A stretch of DNA of 64,000 nt, taken from NCBI RefSeq assembly GCF_009914755.1, contig NC_060925.1. One strand, 5' to 3'. The notes under the pieces are model-generated. The model was not told the DNA's origin and ran no database searches. It saw only the letters and a program-made list of their open reading frames with translations. Position 1 is the first letter of the stretch, and every line of letters begins with the position of its first letter. This DNA comes from the human T2T-CHM13v2.0 reference genome, Homo sapiens. Positions 55,654-64,000 of the stretch are shown here, one piece after another. The position numbers and the translations under genes are program-made.

Positions 55654-56426
55654 CTACAAGTGAGATAAATGCAATAGTAGACAATCACAAACGAATCAAG
55701 CCATCGCTTAAATGACCAAGCCAAATGCTCAGAAAATATAAACAGCCAGCAAAATACATTCAGCTGACATAAGTACAACCTAAAAAGATGCTATACATTA
55801 TAGTTTTACTACCATTACTCTTTCGAACAGCAAACACTTCTACAGCTCCTATTACGTGCCAGGCATTCTAAATGCTTTACATATACTAATTTAGTTGATC
55901 TTTACAACAATCCTATGATTATGAATAGCAAAACTATTATTCCAGTTTTGCTGAATGGAGAAACAAAGCCATAGAGAATTAAGTAGCTCTTCTGAGGTTA
56001 CAAAGTTGGAATACAAACCCTATCTGGTTTCAGCAACTGTGCTCTTAACCACTGTACTAATAACTGCCTGTGTGTAGTTATTTCAAAATCTTCTCACATC
56101 TCACTCCAAAAGGCAGTGAAAAACAATTAGGCACATTATTTCTGAATCCAATTACTACCAAACTGGAGCTACAACATGAGTAGAAGTAAATCAACAACAA
56201 TAAAGTTACTTTCAAGCTTAACTGTGATGGCATTTATCGAAAACTTTACTATAATGGATAACTCTGGAAAATATAAAGGGAATATCCCAAATAAGGAAAG
56301 TTTCCCCCAAAACACTAAGAGTTTACAGTAGTTTAGTATACCCTACACTACTCCCATACTTTTAAATCCCATCTTTTTAACTATAAGCCAGGCTAGTTTT
56401 CAAATGAAATCAACTTTCATCTGTAG

Positions 56427-56784
<358 letters not shown>

Positions 56785-57255
56785 TGAACTTCATTCTATT
56801 CCTCATTTAGGTATTATATATGATGCCTAAGTACAGCACTACATACTTTGTATGCTCTCAAATACTTGTACATTGATCAATGCAACAATAAAATTGTACC
56901 TTTGAAACCAAACTATTGTTATAATTAATCAAAATCACAGGCCACTCTTTTATTAGCATTTATTTTAATAAATGGTAAAAATTAAGGTCTCATAAAAGTT
57001 AAATTAACCCAGTAACACTTGACCCTGGCTGCAGTTAGAAACAACTAGGATAGTTTTTCAAAATTATAGATGTCTTAAAAGCTCCACTGGTGATTTTAGT
57101 GTGTAGCCAAGGTTAAAACCACTGAATTAGCCCTAGTCTCCATTTTTAATGAAAATTAGCAAACATTAAGATAGATGATGCTTACCAACAGCTGTGTCAA
57201 AAAAAAAAGATGATGCTGCCTGCAAGTGTTAGTGTTTAAACATAAAAGATTTATA

Positions 57256-57614
<359 letters not shown>

Positions 57615-57660
57615 TCAGCAGGTAAGTTGATTCCACAAAGTAGTTACACATGTAACCTAC

Positions 57661-57774
57661 CATGAACCTTCAGAAGGAGTACAGAATGGGATCCTCCTAT
57701 GTTCTTTGGAGAGTCTGTCACATCATATTTTTCATAGGTAATCAAAGGTTGCTGAGAGTGCTTGTAAATTCGAC
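57661..57774 (-). CDS. FRRS1: Ferric-chelate reductase 1 exon (..RIYKHSQQPLITYEKYDVTDSPKNIGGSHSVLLLKVH..), end of DOMON / start of cyt b561
   Basis: minus-strand ttgcag| and |gtaggt; 114 nt, phase 1-1; contains the first heme-ligand His of b561. Confidence 0.93.
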
Positions 57775-58959
57775 CTGCAAATTAAAAACAAAATTAAACA
57801 TGACAAAGAATAATTACTTCCTCAAATAAAAAAGGAATTGAGATACGGGCAGTGCATGGCAACAAAATTTCTTAAGGTAATAAAAAATAATTAAATATCA
57901 ACAGAGATGTCATTCATATGCAAAAGCAACATAAAGATATATGCAAGGGCACAGACTTCCTGAAAAAAGTTAAAGAATGTAGCCAACCAAGAGATGAATT
58001 AAAATGACAACTAGGAATGGAGAATGTATAGTAAAAGAACTGGTGGTATAAAGAGACAAGTTAAATAATAAATTAAAATAAGTGCTGTTAATATGGTCAC
58101 AAATCATTGAAAATGTTAAAAAAAATATTGAAAGAGAATACATATTTTTTAAAAATCTACAAGCCATTGACCACCACCTGCATATAAAATCCTAGAATAA
58201 ACTAACTGAAATTGGGCTGGGGGAAAGAGGATGGTTGGAAGACAAAGAAAAGCATTTTATGATACATTATTTCACACATGGTCAATTTGAACTGACAAAC
58301 CAAAATTCCAAATAGTAGTGACATAAGCAAATTAAGGATAAATTATTTCATTATTACCATTTATTGTGTACAAAATTAAATCAGTGAATGTATAGAATTA
58401 TTCCAAATGTGTGTGGATCTGTGTGTGTTCTTTCTAGGAATCTATCTTACCAAAGATATATGTACAGGAATGTTTATAGCAATGTTTTCTATGCTGGCAA
58501 AAAATAAAAAAGCAAACAAACTAAATATCCATCATTAGAGGAATGAGTAAATAAATTCTGGAACATACATATTTTTAGAATACTGTGCTGCATCAAAAAT
58601 GAGACATTTAATATAACAAATATATATATATGAACCTTTGTCTAAAACAAATGATAAATATTAGACCTCAAACTACATCTCAATAATTTCCAAAAGGAAA
58701 TAAAAGGATACAGGTTATATTATCTGCCCAAAATGCAACAAAACTAAAAATTAACATTGAAAAGCTAGGGGGAAAATTGTCCACCTAGATATTTATAAAA
58801 CTACTCTTTTTAATAACCTTTGGATTAAATAAGAAATTAAAACTAAAATCACATGTCTTCATCAAGATGTATAACAATAAAGATACTTCATAACAAAACA
58901 TGTGTGATGCAATCAAGGTACTATTCAAAAAAAGTTTTTATCATCTTAAAAGCATTTCC

Positions 58960-58961
<2 letters not shown>

Positions 58962-59000
<39 letters not shown>
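58962..59000 (+). repeat. (CA)n microsatellite, about 19 units
   Basis: directly visible. Confidence 0.95.
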
Positions 59001-59004
<4 letters not shown>

Positions 59005-59215
59005 TCATTTCATTCAAGGTGCATTTAAAGTAACAAAATATAATCTGGGAAACCAGAAAAAAAAGATCGATTAAAAATAAAGGTAGAACTTAAGCTAGTA
59101 ACCCTAAAAATCAGAAAAGTCAGTCCTCTAAAAGGATAATTAAAATCCATTGAGTTTTTGGCAACTCTGATCACACAATGAAAGGAAACATCAAAATGTT
59201 AGAAATTTAAAGGAT

Positions 59216-59522
59216 GGCTGGGTGTGGTGGCTCACGCCTGTAATTGCAGCACTTTGGGAGGCTGAGGTGGGTGGATCACGAGGTCAAGAGTTCGAGACCA
59301 GCCTGGCCAAGATGGTGAAACCCTGTCTCTGCTAAAACTACAAAAATTAGCCGGGTGCGCTGGTGGGCACCTGTAATCCCAGCTACTCAGGAGGCTGAGG
59401 CAGGAGACTCACTTGAACACTTGAACCCAGGAGGCAGAGGTTGCAGTGAGCAGAGATCCCACCACTGCACTCTAGACTGCGAGATAGAGCAAGACTCCGT
59501 CTCAATAAAAAAAAAAAAAAAA
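59216..59522 (+). mobile_element. Alu (AluSg-like), TSD gaaatttaaagg
   Basis: dimer with A tail. Confidence 0.92.
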
Positions 59523-59685
59523 GGAAATTTAAAGGGTGACATAGCTGCTAATATAGAAGACCATTTTATATAAAAACACTGTATACAACTTTAAATCAGC
59601 CCCCAAAAATCTCAAAATCTAAACAAAATAGGTGAATTTGGGGGGAGAAATACAGAATTACAAAAATTGACCAAAGTAGTAGTAA

Positions 59686-60013
<328 letters not shown>

Positions 60014-60104
60014 GAAAAATTCTTTTTAATTAGTCAAATATTTCCATCCAACATCCAGACCGTTATATGGGTGAGTTCTACCATACCATTAAAATTTTTC
60101 CTTA

Positions 60105-60424
60105 ATTTGTTTATTTATTTTATTTTATTATTATTATTATTTTTGAGACAGGGTCTCACTCTGTTGTCCAGGCTGGAGTGCAGTGGTGTAATCATAACTC
60201 ATTGCAGCCTTGACTTCCCAGGCTCCAGAGATCCTCCCACCTCAGCCTCCCAAGTAGCTGGGACCACAGACACACACCACCATGCCCAGCTAATTTTTGT
60301 ATTTTTTGTGGAGATGGGTTTCATCATGTTGCCCAGGCTGGTCTCAAACTCCTGGGCTCAAATGATCTGCCCGTCTCGGTCTCTCAAAGTGCTTGGATTA
60401 CAGCATAAGCCACTGTGCCTCGCC
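60105..60424 (-). mobile_element. Alu (AluJ-like)
   Basis: antisense dimer with (TTA)n tail. Confidence 0.9.
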
Positions 60425-61410
60425 TGTTAAAAATTCTTTTTTATTTAAACTCTTCTAGAGCTTACTCTATGAGTTTAGTATAACCCTGAAATCAAAACTA
60501 CGCATGTGTACATTCACACAAGCACCCCACACATTCGCACACATTCACAACGTAAACCAAAATCACTTATGAATATAGATGTAAAAAGCTTAAAGAAAAT
60601 ATTAGTAAATCAAATCAGTTATATATTAAGAGAATAATAAAACATGACCAAGTAAGGTTTATTCCAGGAATGTGAGGATCATTCACTGTCCAGAAATCTA
60701 TTAAAGTAATGATAAAATATCATCTCAATCACTGCCCAAAAGACATTTGATGAAATTCAGCACACATTCATATGAATTCTTATTAAAGTTAGAAACAAAA
60801 GAATATTTCCTCAACACCATAAAGGATATCCACAAGAAAAATACAACAAACAAGACATTTAACACTGAATATCAGATGCATTTTCATCAAAATAAAAAAT
60901 AACCACAAAAATTCTTGCCACCTCATTTACCATTCTACATTATTCAGCAAGAACTAAACAATGCAATGAGACAAGAAAGAAAATGAGGGCTATTAACCTG
61001 CCATTATTTGCACAGGATATGACATTTATCTAGAAAAATCCAAGATAATCAACTGGAAATTAGGAGGCTTAAAATTTAAATAAATATTCAATAATGAATA
61101 ACTTTCCTATATGACAATATATTTAGAAAACGTATGAAAAACAATTCCATTCATAATAATTTGCTTTAGACAACTATAAAATACATAGGAACAAAGTAAC
61201 CAAATATATATGCCCTATATGAAGATATGTAGAAAACCATAAAATTTCATTGAAAGACACATATGCAGGATTGGAATAAATGGAATATCCCAATGTGTTC
61301 CTGCATAGACAGACTCACTATTGCACAGTTATTATTCTCTAACTTGCTCTAAAATTGCATTACAATTTCAATCACAACCCCAACAGGATTTTTAATAGAA
61401 TTTGACAAAT

Positions 61411-61640
61411 CAGCTTGAGCCGGGGAGTTGGAGAACAGCCTGGGCAACATGACGAGACCCCATTTCTACAAAAAATACAAAAAATTAGCTGAGAATGGTG
61501 GCACATGGCTGTAGTCCCAGCTACTAGGGAGGCAGAGGTGGGAGGATGGCTTGAGCCCAGGAGGTCGAGCTTCAGTGAGCAGTGATTGCACCACTGCACT
61601 CCAGCCTGGGCAACAGAGTGAGACCCTATCTCAAAAAAAA
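61411..61640 (+). mobile_element. 5'-truncated Alu (AluJ-like), TSD agaatttgacaaat
   Basis: partial dimer flanked by agaatttgacaaat on both sides. Confidence 0.88.
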
Positions 61641-63085
61641 GAAGAATTTGACAAATTATGTCTAAAGTTTATCTAGAAGAACAGATACATATGAAGAAGC
61701 AAAAATTCTTGAAAAAGAAGGCCAGAAGGGGAATCATGTTCTATCAAAACTCACAAACCTATTATAAAGCAATAGCAATTCTAACTAATGCAGGAATAGA
61801 CAAATATATCAATAGAGGAACAGATACACTAGAAATAATTCAATTTATTGATAGATTTTTAGTATATGATAAAGAGGCTTTTAAAGCAGTGAGAAAACAT
61901 GGACTATTCAAAAAAATGGTGTTAGGACACCTGGTTACTCATCCAGTGAATACTATTTTACCATGGCTTCTTATAAAGCAGAAAATGAGAAAGAAGAGTT
62001 TTATGTAATGAATGCCTAGAGAAGAGAGTGTCAAGAAGAAAAAGACAGTAACTGTCAGGAGCTACAAAAGTGTCAAAAAGAAAATGATCAAGAAAACTAT
62101 CAAACATGACAAGAAAGGCACTGGGAAAGCAAAAATCTTGCATTCATTGAGTGGTAGTTATGAAAAAGAGACTCCAAGCCCAACAAGCCTGAGAGACAAG
62201 TTGGAAGAAAATGTGTTTAAACTCTGAATCACTATAGAGCCATGAACTAAGTATGAACTTAACCTTCATGAAAGCAGAAGTCCATTATGATTTCAGAGTT
62301 CCATTGTGTGGCTCCATTATAATTTTGCAGTCTTGCTCAAAGGGAGTTCATGCTTAGTGCAAGAACCAGCAGTAATAGGTTACCTACAGTATTCCTAAAT
62401 TCTTTAAATAACAGGTCATGTGACAGCTGTGTCTCTACTTCATTAATTATTAAAATTGGTAGATTTCCTCATTGTGAATTACTTAATTACCCAAGTGATT
62501 TCTATCTTTCAGTTTAAACACTCAGTATTTCACATGACTGCTTATCCCAAGACAGGACAATGTCAGCAACATGAAGAAAATAGCAGTTAGAAAAAGGTTT
62601 TAAATGGATAGATTGTTAGGAGACTTTATTGAAATTGGATACATTTTACATTTATACAGGTTACAGAGATTATATGATAGCTTTGAAAATTGGCTTAAAC
62701 CTTACCAAGTCTTACTGCTTTTAAGCAGATTTCAATTTATAAATGGTCCACATACATAAAGCTAAGTAATAGAAGAGGCAATGATTTATGTGATAACTGT
62801 CCTTTGTTCCCCAGTACAAAAAGATTGGAAAATTCATTCCCAGGAATAGCAATCTCCAGGTTTGTTTATTGGAGTGTTTTGTTTTGTGTGCTTTGCACTG
62901 TACCAGTTAAAAAAAAAAAAAATTAGCTTGTGCTGCAAATATATGTATATTTTTGTTAATAAACAGATTCATGTTTATTGGATTATATTGTATTAATATC
63001 TATTACACCTAATACATATTGTATTAATATCTATTATATCTAATACATATTAAGATATTAATATGTATTAATATCTTATGTACTC

Positions 63086-63408
63086 CAGCAGTCCCCAACC
63101 TTTTTGGCACCAGGGACCAGATCCATGGAACACAATTTTTCCATGGAAGAAGGGCAGCGATGGTTTTGGGATGAAACTGCTCCACCTTAGATCAAAATGC
63201 ATTAGATTCTCATAAGGAGCACACAACCTAGATCCTTCACATGCGCAGTTGACAATGGGGTTCGTGCTCCTATGAGAATCTAATGCCACCGCTGATCTGA
63301 CAGGACAGTAATGCTCACTCACCCACTGCTCACCTCCTGCTGTGCGGCCCAGTTCCTAACAGGTCACAGACCAGAACCAGTCCATGGCCCATCGGTTGGG
63401 GATCCCTG
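63086..63408. mobile_element. MER1B (hAT-Charlie) with 8-bp TSD
   Basis: gtccccaacctttttggcaccagggacc..ggttggggatccctg; TSD atgtactc / atgtacac. Confidence 0.88.
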
Positions 63409-63550
63409 ATGTACACTATAAAATACATTAAAATATTTAAAATTTTAATGACATAAAAGTAAATCTAAACAAAGTTCTAGTATTGTTCCCTGTATCCCCT
63501 CGACTGCCTTGCAATGTGCATAGCTTACTTGGGAAAACCCCATCCTAGAG

Positions 63551-63728
63551 CAGTAAGTTATCAAACTACAGCACACATAAAACCACCTGGGATGCCTATA
63601 AATGCAGATTCCATGCACCAACAAAAGAGACTCAGTGGGTCTGAGATGGGGTTCAGGAATCTGCATTGCTAGCAGTCACTCCAGGTGGTTCTGAAGCACA
63701 TTAAGCGCGACACTTGGAGAAACACCAC
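63551..63728. mobile_element. MER5A-like hAT element
   Basis: aaatgcagattcc..ggtctg.gatggg..caggaatctgcatt..ccaggtg.ttctga. Confidence 0.7.
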
Positions 63729-64000
63729 AGAGGAGCCAAGACAGAGATTTTCCCTCCCATGCCATCAGCACAGCAACATCAGCCGGCAAGGGAGGGGGAA
63801 CAATGCTCTATTTTCACATGGATCATCCATCAACTAGGTGTTTCTGAGGGAGTGTTAGAACTATCACTTAAAAGAAAACATGTTCTGATTTCTACATTGC
63901 TAACCTATGAAGAAACATTTCACCTGCTGTATACCCACACATTTAAAATTTATTATACAACAGAATTCCTCCATTTAAATGAAATAGTTTTCCTCTAAAG

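Overview
This is primate (very probably human) genomic DNA with two convergent protein-coding genes in AT-rich, repeat-dense sequence. On the + strand are PALMD (palmdelphin, paralemmin family) coding exons 2-8 and its 3'UTR (507-~32670). On the - strand are the last eight coding exons of FRRS1 (ferric-chelate reductase 1, DOMON + cytochrome b561), 57774-47156, and its 3'UTR. All exon phases were checked by hand and join in frame at GT-AG boundaries. Between the genes lie an HMGB3 processed pseudogene (nested in an old L1 and itself split by a THE1 LTR) and an LTR1-like ERV1 solo LTR. Alu, L1, L2, MIR, hAT (MER20/58A/30/1B/5A) and MADE1 elements are scattered throughout. The most unusual structure is a set of three independent composite 'patchwork' insertions (18933-19516, 34092-34398, 41847-41908). 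Each is stitched from 2-3 pieces copied in direct orientation from donor sites 0.7-6.7 kb away in the same window; one uses (TA/TG)n linkers between its patches. Other points of interest are a latent CaaX C-terminus in PALMD intron 7 and an apparent gene-conversion tract between inverted Alus flanking a FRRS1 exon. Gene and repeat names come from sequence recognition, not database searches.
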